Shown here piece by piece: positions 40,346 to 50,771 of a DNA stretch of 64,000 nucleotides; the first letter of the stretch is position 1; each line of letters opens with the position of its first letter. The stretch is from an uncultured Bacillota bacterium (lineage in GTDB: Bacteria > Bacillota_I > Bacilli_A > RFN20 > CAG-449), in contig CABUOQ010000004.1 in assembly GCA_902493275.1 (NCBI GenBank), positions 7,337-71,336 of the forward strand. Reading direction: 5' to 3'. The translations under genes and the position numbers were made by a program. Below the pieces are notes generated by a model that did no database searches, had not been told where the DNA came from, and was given only the letters and a program-made list of their open reading frames with translations.

Positions 40346-41072
40346 TTAATCCCCCTCCTGAAACAACACTAATAAAGGCTTCTTCTATATTTTGCTTTTT
40401 TGTCGTCTCAAATAATTCATACTTAGTACCAACGAATAATAATTTTCCATCCTTCATGATACCTATTCTATCTGCGAGAGCTTCTGCTTCTTCCATATAA
40501 TGAGTTGTAAGAATTATTGTCATCTGTTTTTTTAATTTATTAATAACATTCCATAATTCACGTCTTGCAATTACATCTAGTCCAAGCGTTGGTTCATCGA
40601 GAAATAATATTTTTGGATTGCCAATTAAACTTAATGCAATTGAAAGTTTTCTTTGATAACCACCAGAAAGTTGATCTGCTCTTTTGTTAGCAACTTTTCG
40701 TAGTTCTAATTTGTCATATAAAAATTCTTTTATCTGCGCTATTTCGTTTTTATCTTTTCCTTTTAATTCAGCATAAAAAACTATATTTTCTTCAACAGTC
40801 AATTTTCTAGCCACTGCGGTTTCTTGCATTGAAATATCTAATAATGGCTTGATACTATCCATTTGCGTTTTAATTGACTTACCGAAAATAAACGCATCTC
40901 CTTCAGTTAGAGCAGTTAATCCTGTTAACATTTTTATTGTTGTAGTTTTACCTGCTCCATTGACACCTAATAAAGCAAATAACTCGCCATCATTTATAAT
41001 TAAATCAAGGTGATTAACCGCCACAGTATCCTTAAATTTTTTATATAAATTATTAATTACTATTGCTTCCAT
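40338..41072 (-). CDS. ABC transporter ATP-binding protein (DrrA/CcmA-like)
   Basis: 244 aa. Walker A GVNGAGKTT, signature LSGGYQRKLSI, Walker B LFLDEPTLGLD. Confidence 0.9.
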   Translation of the reverse strand: MEAIVINNLYKKFKDTVAVNHLDLIINDGELFALLGVNGAGKTTTIKMLTGLTALTEGDAFIFGKSIKTQMDSIKPLLDISMQETAVARKLTVEENIVFYAELKGKDKNEIAQIKEFLYDKLELRKVANKRADQLSGGYQRKLSIALSLIGNPKILFLDEPTLGLDVIARRELWNVINKLKKQMTIILTTHYMEEAEALADRIGIMKDGKLLFVGTKYELFETTKKQNIEEAFISVVSGGGLNV

Positions 41073-41266
41073 TTGAAATCACCCATTAATTTATAAAATT
41101 CTGTATCTTTAACTATCGCAAGACCACGATTAATATCTCCCATAACCATAAGAGTGTCTCCCTCTTTAATATCAAACATTTTTCGAGCTTCGATAGGTAT
41201 AGTAATTTGACCTTTAGGTCCAACTTTTACACTAACAATAAATTTATCATTTTCTATGCTTTTCAT
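41060..41266 (-). CDS. AbrB/MazE/SpoVT-family DNA-binding protein
   Basis: 68 aa. Swapped-hairpin motif VGPKGQITIPIEARKMFDIKEGDTLMV. 13-nt overlap with the ABC ATPase start. Confidence 0.75.
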   Translation of the reverse strand: MKSIENDKFIVSVKVGPKGQITIPIEARKMFDIKEGDTLMVMGDINRGLAIVKDTEFYKLMGDFKWKQ

Positions 41267-41400
41267 TTTTTCTTACCTTTCTTACTTTTTATATTATTCT
41301 TAGTCTATTTTTATGTCAAGCAAACATTTAAACAATTTTAAAATCTGAAATCAATAAAAGATTAATTTCATTTAAAATTCTTATATTTACCTCATATATA

Positions 41401-42318
41401 TTATTTATTATTTTGCTTATTCTTAAAGTTTAATCTATATTGAGAAGGAGTTAATCCCAATTTCATTTTAAAAAGATTATTTAATGGTTGAAAAGAGTTG
41501 AATCCAACTTCATATGCTATCTTTTTGACAGAATAATCAGTTGATTCTAAATATGTTTGAGCCATATCAAAGCGTATCTCATTTAAATAATTAATTGGAG
41601 TTGTACCAATATATTTATAAAAAAGTCTTATAAAATAATACTTAGACATATTTACAAGTTTAGATAATTCATCAATGGTAATATTTTTATCAAAATTATT
41701 TTTTATATATTCAATAACAATTTTAATACTATTAGGATACGTTGGTTTAAGTTTTTCAATATGACGTTCAATAGATCTCGATAAAGAATAAATAATTGAA
41801 GAAATGAATTCTTTTTGATCATCAGTGATAACATTAACATATAAATTAGTACCTACTACCTTGCAGTTATTTTTAGATAGCATATCTAAAATACTATTAA
41901 TTTTTTCAACAAAATCTTTACCATCATAATTATGATAAACATTTCCATCGACATAAGAACAAAAATGCTGATACAACGCTTTTAAACTAGGACCATTAGT
42001 GTGAATATAGTAAAATGTCCAAGGATCATCTCCATTATTTTTAAAAGTGTGTGGTTTATTACAATCAATAAAGAGTAAATCATTGGTTTTCATATTATAT
42101 TCTCTTTTTTCATAAGAGACCGTACCCTCACCAGAAAGAGTTAATGTCAACAAAAAATTGTTATAATCCTTTCTTTTAATAAAATATTCTTTTTTAGCTT
42201 TTTCATATCCAACCATATAGGAATAAAACATTGTATAGCTTTCTTCAAGATACTGAATAACGTAATTTTTAGAGCCTTCTTCAAATTTTAAAACAAAAAC
42301 ATCATCATATTCTTTCAT
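41401..42318 (-). CDS. AraC-family transcriptional regulator (cupin sensor + HTH)
   Basis: 305 aa. C-terminal double HTH (ITIDELSKLVNMSKYYFIRLFYKYIGTTPINYLNEIR ... YEVGFNSFQPLNNLFK). Confidence 0.9.
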   Translation of the reverse strand: MKEYDDVFVLKFEEGSKNYVIQYLEESYTMFYSYMVGYEKAKKEYFIKRKDYNNFLLTLTLSGEGTVSYEKREYNMKTNDLLFIDCNKPHTFKNNGDDPWTFYYIHTNGPSLKALYQHFCSYVDGNVYHNYDGKDFVEKINSILDMLSKNNCKVVGTNLYVNVITDDQKEFISSIIYSLSRSIERHIEKLKPTYPNSIKIVIEYIKNNFDKNITIDELSKLVNMSKYYFIRLFYKYIGTTPINYLNEIRFDMAQTYLESTDYSVKKIAYEVGFNSFQPLNNLFKMKLGLTPSQYRLNFKNKQNNK

Positions 42319-42389
42319 ATAGCAATATTATATATCTATTTAGCAATTTTGAAAATTGTAAAGAGCGTTTTTATGCAATATTATAAACT

Positions 42390-44642
42390 ATGATAATACA
42401 AAATAGAAAGGATAAAAGCCGCATGAGAAAATCTTTGAAAACGTTGCTTATATCTATATTATTGCTAAGTGGGTGTACAAGTAACGTCATTTCTTCATCT
42501 AACCAAATCAGTTCATCTAGTTCTATTGAATCTCAATCTAGTAGTAACTCTTCATCTTATAGTGAATCAAGTTCAATGAGTTCATCAACAAGTTCAGAAG
42601 AGCCCGTGATTGATTATTCAATTCTATCTGGCAATTTTATAAATAAAGCTGATAGTATTATCTCTAGCGATTATAATTCATTATTGATTTTAAATGAAAG
42701 TTTAGGAAATGGTTCCTTCACCGCAACAATCTCAATTAATGATGCATTTTCAAATAATGGAATTGCTTTTGATATAGATAACGAAGCCAATATCTATTAT
42801 GTCTTTGGAATAAATATTGCTAAAGAACTATATGTAAATAAATATGATAACGGGAACTATGAAAATATTATATCTTATAAAGGATACTCTTTAGAAAAAG
42901 AAACTAAACTCACAATCTATAGAAATATTGATAAAAACATTATGCAATTATATGTTGACAATAATTATCTAGATACTTTTGAATTAAATATTTTAGGTTC
43001 TTCATCATGTGGACTATATGCTGGTGGCATGGAAACAATTTATAGTGATATTTCTTTGGTCAATGACATTAATATAATTGATAATAACGAAAATTCTTAC
43101 GAGGTTAGAAATGGATATTTTGAAGAATATGATGAAAATAGATTAGTATCTTTATCAGACAATTCAATTTTTGTCCACAAAAGTAAAACATTATCAAATG
43201 GTGAAATTGAAGCAACTCTTAAATTAAATGGAAGACCTTCTGATAATGGATTTATCTTTGGTTTATCAGAAAACGATCAAACATTTTATTGGGAAGCAAA
43301 AGTCTCATATTATTTTTTCTTTACTTCTCGTGATAGCTATTGTTATTTAGGAAAGGTTAATAATGGCTCTTGGAATTTACTTCAAATTAAAACAATTAAA
43401 GGTTTTGATCATGCTGGTCAATATCGTTTAAAAGTAGTTAAAAACGAAAATAATATTTATTGTTATATTGATGATATTTTATATTTTGTCTACACCGATA
43501 AGAATCCTCTTCCTGGAGTCGGCGTTGGTTTAAGAGCCGGATCAGATAATATCATATATGATAACATCATCATAAATAATACTGATAATTTAACTGCTGA
43601 TTGCAAAGATTACGATATATATCATGGTTCCTTTAAACAGATAGGTGACGCTATTGTTTCTAACGATAATAACTCTATTGCAATAAATAAATCAAAAAAA
43701 TTATTTAATGGAACTATCACCACTTCTTTTGCACCAAACAATAGTCAAGATGATGGCATAATTTTTAGAGTAAGTAAACCAGATATTCCTCAATTCTACG
43801 AAGAAGAACAGGGTTTATCATATTATTGGCTTTATTTTGCTAGAACTGGAAAAGTATGCTTTGCCCGTTATGAAAATGGAGTCGTTATAAAACAAATGGA
43901 AAAATATATTCCTGCTGGTTCTGCAGCTAGTGCTGGATATCAAGTTAAGATTATCTTAGATAATCAAAATGTTTATTGCTATTTTGATGGCCGATTAGCA
44001 TTTACTTATCATGATGAAAATTATCTTAAAGGTGATCTTATAGGAATAAAAGCCAATGGCAAAGAAAGTGTATTTAACGCATTCAAATTATCAGACAATC
44101 AAACTAAAGAAACAAATGAAGTCTTAATCTTTGGTCATTCATACACTGATTTTTGGCATACATATAAGCAAGATTTTCCAAATTATAAAGACATAAACAA
44201 CATTGGAATTGGTGGTACTATCGCTTATCATTGGCAAAAAGAATATATTAATGAAGTCATTGAATACCAGCCAAATTTAGGTATTTATTGGATAGGAATA
44301 AATGATTTATCAGGAAATATTGCTCCTATTACAGTTTATGAGCAAGTAAAAGATACTCTTACAACTATCAAAAAAGCTCTACCAGAATTTAAAGTTATAT
44401 TATTAGGAGTAAATCAGTGCCCAGCAAGAACTAATATTATCTCTCAAATAAGTCAAACTAATGTTTACTATGCTCAATTAGAAGAAGAGTTTGACTGGAT
44501 TAGCTATGTCAATGTTGAATATTTATATTGTGACTCTAATGATAAACCTATTTCAGTATATTTTACTGATGGCCTACATTTAACTCATGAAGCTTATTTA
44601 ATGGCAGTTTCAGAGATAAATAAAAAACTAGCTGAAAAATAA
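42390..44642 (+). CDS. Lipoprotein with three tandem beta-sandwich (ConA/LamG-like) modules and a C-terminal SGNH/GDSL-type esterase domain
   Basis: 750 aa. Lipobox LLLSGC with a Ser-rich linker. The real start is probably MRKSLK at 42423. SGNH blocks are FGHSYT, GIGGT, WIGINDL and TDGLHLT. Three repeated modules each contain NG.(I/F)..T... and NGI/DNG.IF segments. Confidence 0.65.
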   Translation: MIIQNRKDKSRMRKSLKTLLISILLLSGCTSNVISSSNQISSSSSIESQSSSNSSSYSESSSMSSSTSSEEPVIDYSILSGNFINKADSIISSDYNSLLILNESLGNGSFTATISINDAFSNNGIAFDIDNEANIYYVFGINIAKELYVNKYDNGNYENIISYKGYSLEKETKLTIYRNIDKNIMQLYVDNNYLDTFELNILGSSSCGLYAGGMETIYSDISLVNDINIIDNNENSYEVRNGYFEEYDENRLVSLSDNSIFVHKSKTLSNGEIEATLKLNGRPSDNGFIFGLSENDQTFYWEAKVSYYFFFTSRDSYCYLGKVNNGSWNLLQIKTIKGFDHAGQYRLKVVKNENNIYCYIDDILYFVYTDKNPLPGVGVGLRAGSDNIIYDNIIINNTDNLTADCKDYDIYHGSFKQIGDAIVSNDNNSIAINKSKKLFNGTITTSFAPNNSQDDGIIFRVSKPDIPQFYEEEQGLSYYWLYFARTGKVCFARYENGVVIKQMEKYIPAGSAASAGYQVKIILDNQNVYCYFDGRLAFTYHDENYLKGDLIGIKANGKESVFNAFKLSDNQTKETNEVLIFGHSYTDFWHTYKQDFPNYKDINNIGIGGTIAYHWQKEYINEVIEYQPNLGIYWIGINDLSGNIAPITVYEQVKDTLTTIKKALPEFKVILLGVNQCPARTNIISQISQTNVYYAQLEEEFDWISYVNVEYLYCDSNDKPISVYFTDGLHLTHEAYLMAVSEINKKLAEK

Positions 44643-44695
44643 TTCTTATCAATGATAAAGAATGGTTTCTAACATTTACCTAAAATGTTTAATTT

Positions 44696-47005
44696 ATGGA
44701 GAAAAATATGAACAAGAAAAAAATATCAATTTTAGCCTTAATGAGCATGTTTGCTTTGATAGGCTGTAATCAAAACCCAACCTCTTCATCTTCAACAAGT
44801 GAATTTTCATCTTTAACGAGTGAATCTTCTTCAAATTCAGTTGAAAGCATCTCTTCATCTAGTGAAGTATTATCTAGTGAATTATCTTCTAGTGAAAGTA
44901 TATCTAGTGAAGAATCATCTAGCGAGAGTTCTATCGACCACGAATTAGAAACTGCTAAAAAAGAAGCTCTAGAATATATTAATTCTTTAGATTTAAGCAT
45001 CTATCGAGAAGAAGAAAAACAAAACATTGAAGCGATGATTGAACAATGCAAAGCAATAATTAATAATGAAAAAGCTACTGCTGCGCAAATTAATAATGCT
45101 ATTCAATCATTAAAAACTTATATTGCATCTCAAAAAACTAGCGCTCAATATGAACAAGAAGAAGAACAAGAAAGACAAAAACTTCTGTCAGAAGCAAAAC
45201 AAAATAAGATTGATGAGATTCAAATTTCTGAGCCAAATCAATATCGTAGCGAAGAACTAAGTAAATTAAATGATGAAAAAGAAAAATTAAGCAACCAAAT
45301 TAATGCTTGTACGACAATTGAAGAATTAAATAGTATCGATATTTCTGCATTTCAATCATTAGTCCAAGAAACTAAAACTAATGCTGATTATTTCAAAGAA
45401 GAAATTATTAACTATCCTCTTGCAAGTGAATGGGATTTAGTAAATGAACATGCAAGTCAATGGACATTGGGAGATAATGGCATTAATACTTGTTCAGTTG
45501 GATATTTATTAGATAGCGCTAATACATATGATGATTGCGTATTTTCATTTACATTAAATTCTTCTACTGCCGTCGGTGTAGGTGGTATTTTAAAAGCAAG
45601 ACCAAACCCAACTTCAGATGGCTTAGATGGATATTTAATTAATATTTCAACTGATACTGTCAGTACTCAATTTGTTCAAGTATATTACTTAGAAAATGCT
45701 TATTGTGGTCCAGGAGAAATCGTTAAAGCCGTTACATATATCGGCGGATGGATATATCCAGGTAGTGTTAGAGGAACAACTTTTAAAATTGAATTCAATG
45801 GTCCATCTGTTTCCATTACTACTGATGATAATAGTTCATCTGATACTATCGTAGTTGATTTAACTAATAATGGTCAATTTCCTCTTATTAGCGATACTAA
45901 CATTGGAATTCTCAATTGGGATCCAGATCGTAATTATCAAATAGATGTAAATAAACTTTATCCATTAAATAAAACCATCAGCGGCATTGAAACAGCCAAA
46001 AAATTAGCAAATGATTATATTCAAACAGTGGATTTAAATAAATATAGAGCATCTGAAAGACAGGTAATTGAAAACGCTATTTCTTCATTAACTACTTTAA
46101 TGGATAGTGAAACTACTTACGAAGAAATTCTCAATGGCTTAAATAGCTTAAAGAGTTTAATAAGTGAACAAAAAACCGATGAAGAATATACTAAAGAAGA
46201 AAATGCTAATAATTTAGCTTATGTTAAAGAAGAAAAAATTGCATCATTGCCAAGTATAACAATTAAAGAATATCCTCAAGATAGTGTAACTACTGGTCTA
46301 GCAATTATTGAAGAAGCCAAAACCGTAATTAATGCTTGCCAAAGTATTGAGGAAGTAAATGGATTAGATTTAAGCGAATATATTTCAAGAATTAACGCTC
46401 TTACTTCTTATGCTAGTATAACTTCATCTAGCATTATCAATTCTCCAACAACTTCTGACTGGGATTTAGTTAGAGAACATACTGCAACTTGGACATATGA
46501 CGAGTCCACTCCAAACACGGTTAAAACAAATCAAGTAGGATGGCAATTAAACGATACAACTTATGATGATTTCGATATTGTCTTCAGCGTAAATAACTCT
46601 CAAGATATTGCTAGACAAGGTATATTCCTACGTGCTAATAAATCTTCTTCTGGAGATGGTATCGATGGATATTTAATCAATCTCGTCTCCAATGCAAATA
46701 ATCAATTTATTCAAGTATGGTATATGGACGCTGCTTGGGGAAGCAATGAGCCAAACGTCGTATGTGACTATGTAGATGGATATATTCACTCATCAAGTGT
46801 TAAAGATGTGCAATTTAGAATTAGACTTGATGGAAATATGCTTTATATTTTCCTTGAACAAGAATATCAAAGCGGAAATATTAATCCATGCTGCACGATT
46901 AATTTAGGAGTTAAACCTACTATCTATCAATCTGGCTTCATCGGAATGATTAACTGGGATGGAACAGATGCTAATATTAATATTCATAGACTAATAAAAA
47001 AGTAA
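44696..47005 (+). CDS. Lipoprotein made of two copies of a (helical + beta-sandwich) unit, putative glycan binding
   Basis: 769 aa. Lipobox FALIGC with a Ser-rich linker. The likely start is MNKKK at 44708 (GGAG RBS). It has an internal duplication (ETAKKEALEYINSLDLSIYR... versus ETAKKLANDYIQTVDLNKYR...; DGLDGYLINIS versus DGIDGYLINLV). Confidence 0.55.
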   Translation: MEKNMNKKKISILALMSMFALIGCNQNPTSSSSTSEFSSLTSESSSNSVESISSSSEVLSSELSSSESISSEESSSESSIDHELETAKKEALEYINSLDLSIYREEEKQNIEAMIEQCKAIINNEKATAAQINNAIQSLKTYIASQKTSAQYEQEEEQERQKLLSEAKQNKIDEIQISEPNQYRSEELSKLNDEKEKLSNQINACTTIEELNSIDISAFQSLVQETKTNADYFKEEIINYPLASEWDLVNEHASQWTLGDNGINTCSVGYLLDSANTYDDCVFSFTLNSSTAVGVGGILKARPNPTSDGLDGYLINISTDTVSTQFVQVYYLENAYCGPGEIVKAVTYIGGWIYPGSVRGTTFKIEFNGPSVSITTDDNSSSDTIVVDLTNNGQFPLISDTNIGILNWDPDRNYQIDVNKLYPLNKTISGIETAKKLANDYIQTVDLNKYRASERQVIENAISSLTTLMDSETTYEEILNGLNSLKSLISEQKTDEEYTKEENANNLAYVKEEKIASLPSITIKEYPQDSVTTGLAIIEEAKTVINACQSIEEVNGLDLSEYISRINALTSYASITSSSIINSPTTSDWDLVREHTATWTYDESTPNTVKTNQVGWQLNDTTYDDFDIVFSVNNSQDIARQGIFLRANKSSSGDGIDGYLINLVSNANNQFIQVWYMDAAWGSNEPNVVCDYVDGYIHSSSVKDVQFRIRLDGNMLYIFLEQEYQSGNINPCCTINLGVKPTIYQSGFIGMINWDGTDANINIHRLIKK

Positions 47006-47026
47006 TATTTTAGCAAAATAATTTAT

Positions 47027-47066
47027 AAAAAAGAGCTATATATTTATTCAATATAGCTCTTTTATT
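47027..47066. terminator. Bidirectional terminator between convergent genes
   Basis: aagagctatat-9 nt-atatagctctt with flanking A and T runs. Confidence 0.55.
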
Positions 47067-47095
47067 ATGCTTATCAACATTTTAATTTTGTCGCT

Positions 47096-49546
47096 TTAAA
47101 TTTTTCTTGATTCATGACAGGTAAAGTAAATAATTTGAAATTTACTAGATAAATCTTTAAGAACTTCTTTTATTTTCTCAAAATGAATTTGATCAAGATA
47201 AACAAATGGATCATCTAAAATTAAAAAAGGCAATTCTTTGGTATACATATTCTCGATTAATGCCATTCTTAAGCAAAATAAACATCCGATTTTTTCTCCC
47301 GAACTTAAATGTTTATAACTTCTTTCTTGTCCATTTTGTTCAAATTTTAATTCCAAATTTGGATTAATAATCATCTTATCATCAAAGGCCTTTTCAAAAG
47401 AATTAATGTAATAAGAAAAATTGTTAACAATTGGAGATAGAAATTTTCTTTTTAAATTATCATCTGCGTTTTTTAAATATTGTATAGTATATTCTAGCAA
47501 TTTATATTGCTCATTATATATATTTAATTGATTAGATAAATCATCTTTTTCTTTTAATAAAACATCATATGCTTCAAGTTTATTTTCACTTTTAGATATA
47601 GTATTTTTTAAATTATTTAATTCTTCAGTATACACATTTAAAATTTTTCTTCTTTCTTCAAGATTTTCATACTCTGGTTTTAAAGAAAGATTATTATTTT
47701 TCTTCAACAAAAGTAACTGTTTTCTTCTTTCTTCAAGATTTTTGCAATAATAATTATAATTATCTAAATCAGTTTCAGAATCCTTAACAAAATTGTAGAC
47801 GTTTTCCTCTTCAATATTAAATTCTTGGCAAAATGACGATATCTTATCATTAATTATTTTTAAAGATTCTTCTTTTTGTTTTAGCTTACGCTTTATTTGT
47901 TCTTTAAGGTTCCTATATTCAACTAATTCGCTATTAAGTTGAGTATATGCTTCAAGATAATCCGCATTTAAAATGCCACATTTAGCGAAAAAACTATTTA
48001 TTTGATTATCAATTTGACTTAGTTCTATTTCATGAGTTTTTAAATTTGCTTGTTTATTTTTAAATTCACAATAATGGTTATAATCTTCTTTCAATTTATT
48101 GATGGTCATAGAGAAATCTTTAACTTGATAATATCCATATTTATTTAATGCTTTAGTTATTTCTTCTTCTTTATTTTTTCGGTGTTTTTTTATTTCCAAA
48201 TTCTTTTTTTTATTAATTATTGCTTTTTTACTATATATAAATAAAACGCCACAAAGCATTATAAATCCAATAATTAATAATGACCATCCAATATATAAAA
48301 CATTAAAGCAATTGATAATTATTCCACTTAATATAAACAAAAGGGGGAGTATAGCAAATAAGATATATTTTTTTATATTCAATTTAGTATCATCTTTTGC
48401 TTCTTCGCTATTTAAAGTGCAATATTCTTCGTAATTATTAGTAATATTATCTATTATTTTTTCATCAATATAATTATTTTCAAAATTTATATATATATAT
48501 TCATATTTAGCGTTTTCTTTCTCTTTATTTAATAGCCCTTTTTTATAATTATATTGCTTAATTAATTCTAAAACATCTTTTAATTTAAAGTCATCTATAG
48601 CTTCATTTTTCAATTTTGTATCTAAAAAAGATAATCTTTTTTCATCTTTGTCATCAATATTTTGAGAAATAATGGTCTTTTTATTAATAAATAGTTCTTT
48701 TATTGATTCAATATTATTTTTAGTTGGAAATTTGCATTGATATTTTTCTTCAAGATTATTTTTCTGTACTTCATAATTTAATATTTCTTGATCTAATTCA
48801 TTCCATTTATTTAAAAGATCTTGAGTTTTATTTGCGACATCTAATTTTTCAAGTTCATCTTTAATTAATTGATTTAGTTCTTGTACGCGGTGATAATCTT
48901 TTTCAACTTGATTTTTAATAAAATCCAACTCTTTGATTTTTTCTTCAGTATCTTGCAATTTCTTTTTAGTTTTAGGAATAAGTGCATTTTCAGATTTAGA
49001 TTTTTTATATTCACTTTTTTTCTTTTCTAATTTAATTAATGCTATTTCAGAACTAGAATCATCATCACATCCTTCGATGATATTATTGAGTTTATTTTTA
49101 ATATCTTGAGTTGAAGCAGTTTCTAAATCCCCCGAATCGATAAATATTGTTCGTTCAAAAGAATCTTTATCGATTCCAAAAATCGATTCCCCAATATATT
49201 TTTCAAATCCATTAAATTCAGAACCATTTTTGTAAACTTTAATAGTATCTTTTGTATCACTTTTTTCAGAAAAAAATCGTTCAATTCTATATGTATCATT
49301 ATCGAATTCAAAAACTACATTTCCACCAAATAATCCTCCATCAAAAGGATAAAAATGTTGTCTATCAGCAAATGATTTATCATTGCTTCTATAAGTTTCT
49401 AAACCATAAAACATCGCCTTTAAAAAAGATGCTAAAGTAGTTTTACCATAGCCATTTTTTTCACAAAATGAATTTAAATTATTAAACTCAAATTTCTTTT
49501 GTTTTAATAGTCCATAGTTTTCTATATAACATGATATAAGTTTCAT
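47096..49546 (-). CDS. SbcC/Rad50-like coiled-coil AAA ATPase (YhaN/SbcE-like) with a central TM hairpin
   Basis: 816 aa. Walker A EKNGYGKTTL, C-terminal signature LSSGEK and Walker B FLILDDP. It has long Lys/Glu-rich coiled-coil sequence and a central hydrophobic pair (FAILPLLFILSGIIINCF / IGWSLLIIGFIMLCGVLFIY). 4-nt overlap with the upstream nuclease gene. Confidence 0.7.
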   Translation of the reverse strand: MKLISCYIENYGLLKQKKFEFNNLNSFCEKNGYGKTTLASFLKAMFYGLETYRSNDKSFADRQHFYPFDGGLFGGNVVFEFDNDTYRIERFFSEKSDTKDTIKVYKNGSEFNGFEKYIGESIFGIDKDSFERTIFIDSGDLETASTQDIKNKLNNIIEGCDDDSSSEIALIKLEKKKSEYKKSKSENALIPKTKKKLQDTEEKIKELDFIKNQVEKDYHRVQELNQLIKDELEKLDVANKTQDLLNKWNELDQEILNYEVQKNNLEEKYQCKFPTKNNIESIKELFINKKTIISQNIDDKDEKRLSFLDTKLKNEAIDDFKLKDVLELIKQYNYKKGLLNKEKENAKYEYIYINFENNYIDEKIIDNITNNYEEYCTLNSEEAKDDTKLNIKKYILFAILPLLFILSGIIINCFNVLYIGWSLLIIGFIMLCGVLFIYSKKAIINKKKNLEIKKHRKNKEEEITKALNKYGYYQVKDFSMTINKLKEDYNHYCEFKNKQANLKTHEIELSQIDNQINSFFAKCGILNADYLEAYTQLNSELVEYRNLKEQIKRKLKQKEESLKIINDKISSFCQEFNIEEENVYNFVKDSETDLDNYNYYCKNLEERRKQLLLLKKNNNLSLKPEYENLEERRKILNVYTEELNNLKNTISKSENKLEAYDVLLKEKDDLSNQLNIYNEQYKLLEYTIQYLKNADDNLKRKFLSPIVNNFSYYINSFEKAFDDKMIINPNLELKFEQNGQERSYKHLSSGEKIGCLFCLRMALIENMYTKELPFLILDDPFVYLDQIHFEKIKEVLKDLSSKFQIIYFTCHESRKI

Positions 49547-50619
49547 AAATCTATCTCCTTATCTTCTAAGGCTCTTATACCTAAATTGATAATTTTATTT
49601 TTTTCTTCATCAGATAAATTTGAATCATTATAAACCATCTTGACAAATTCACCTTTTAACGATGAATCATATAAATATTTATCTATATCTATCTTACGTG
49701 ATGTTTTATCTTTAATATCTACAAAATAACATCTATAAGACAAAATATTTTTTATATCATTTTCTAAATTATCATCATCAAAAGATTTTTGTCCTATTAA
49801 ATTAATACGATATATTCCATCGGCATTTATATCGACACTTTGAATAATTAAATTATAAACATCCATAATACTTTGAGTATTACTTATATCAATTTCAAAT
49901 TCATTAATAATGTTTTTGGTAAATGGAATAAATTTTTCTTGGATTTTATCATCGATTTGTAAAAGAATGAATCCATGTTCTCCAATTTCATCAAATCCAC
50001 GTCCTTGTAAACATCCTGAATAAGCATATTTCCCTCGATTATCTATCTTACCACTTTGATATTTATGCACATGTCCTAAAGCTAAATAATCGATATTTTT
50101 ATCTCTTAATTTACTGATGTTAATAACATCTTTTTGAAATCCATTAGCGACTTGACCATGCATAACTACGATGTTAATTTTATTTTTATCTAAAGAGAGA
50201 GAACTATATCTTGTCAAAGAATTTTCTTCACTTAGTTCGATTCCACTGATAGAGATATTATCATAATCATATGTTGTCCATTCATTTGAAAAACATTTTA
50301 AATTATCTAACTCTTTTTCATCATAAATACTATTTATATCATGATTTCCTTTTAAATACAAAAAATCAATATCAGCATTTCTTTTAACTATTTCATAGAA
50401 TAAACGCTTATCTTTTTGTGATGGATAATTACTATCAAAAATATCACCCGCTAAGATAATAATCTTCACGTTCTCTTCATGAGCATATTCAATCATACGA
50501 ACAAAAGTTGATAAAATGGTTGATTTTAAATCTTTAGCTTTTTCATTTGTAAAAGAAGAATCCATTTTTGAACCCAAATGAATATCGGCGGCATGAATAA
50601 TTTTCATAAATATCTCCAA
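49543..50619 (-). CDS. Calcineurin-like metallophosphoesterase, SbcD/YhaO(SbcF)-like nuclease subunit
   Basis: 358 aa. Motifs IIHAADIHLG, LAGDIFD, LKGNHD, VMHG, LGHVH. Confidence 0.8.
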   Translation of the reverse strand: MEIFMKIIHAADIHLGSKMDSSFTNEKAKDLKSTILSTFVRMIEYAHEENVKIIILAGDIFDSNYPSQKDKRLFYEIVKRNADIDFLYLKGNHDINSIYDEKELDNLKCFSNEWTTYDYDNISISGIELSEENSLTRYSSLSLDKNKINIVVMHGQVANGFQKDVINISKLRDKNIDYLALGHVHKYQSGKIDNRGKYAYSGCLQGRGFDEIGEHGFILLQIDDKIQEKFIPFTKNIINEFEIDISNTQSIMDVYNLIIQSVDINADGIYRINLIGQKSFDDDNLENDIKNILSYRCYFVDIKDKTSRKIDIDKYLYDSSLKGEFVKMVYNDSNLSDEEKNKIINLGIRALEDKEIDL

Positions 50620-50771
50620 TCAAAGTACTTATATATTAACATTAATCTAAGACTAAATCAATTTGATAAATAGCTATAAAATTATTAAAGTAAAACTTAA
50701 CCTTCATAAAATTAAATTTAATATTCCTTTATAGATAAAAAGAATGTAAAATATCAATAGGAGGAAAGGAC

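Noticed and set aside
47096-50619. The SMC-like ATPase plus metallophosphoesterase pair as an anti-phage defence system (Lamassu-like or similar).
   Set aside because: The architecture and motifs match the conserved Bacilli YhaO/YhaN (SbcF/SbcE) DNA-repair pair. There are no neighbouring defence or mobile genes. Only the TM hairpin is kept as an observation.
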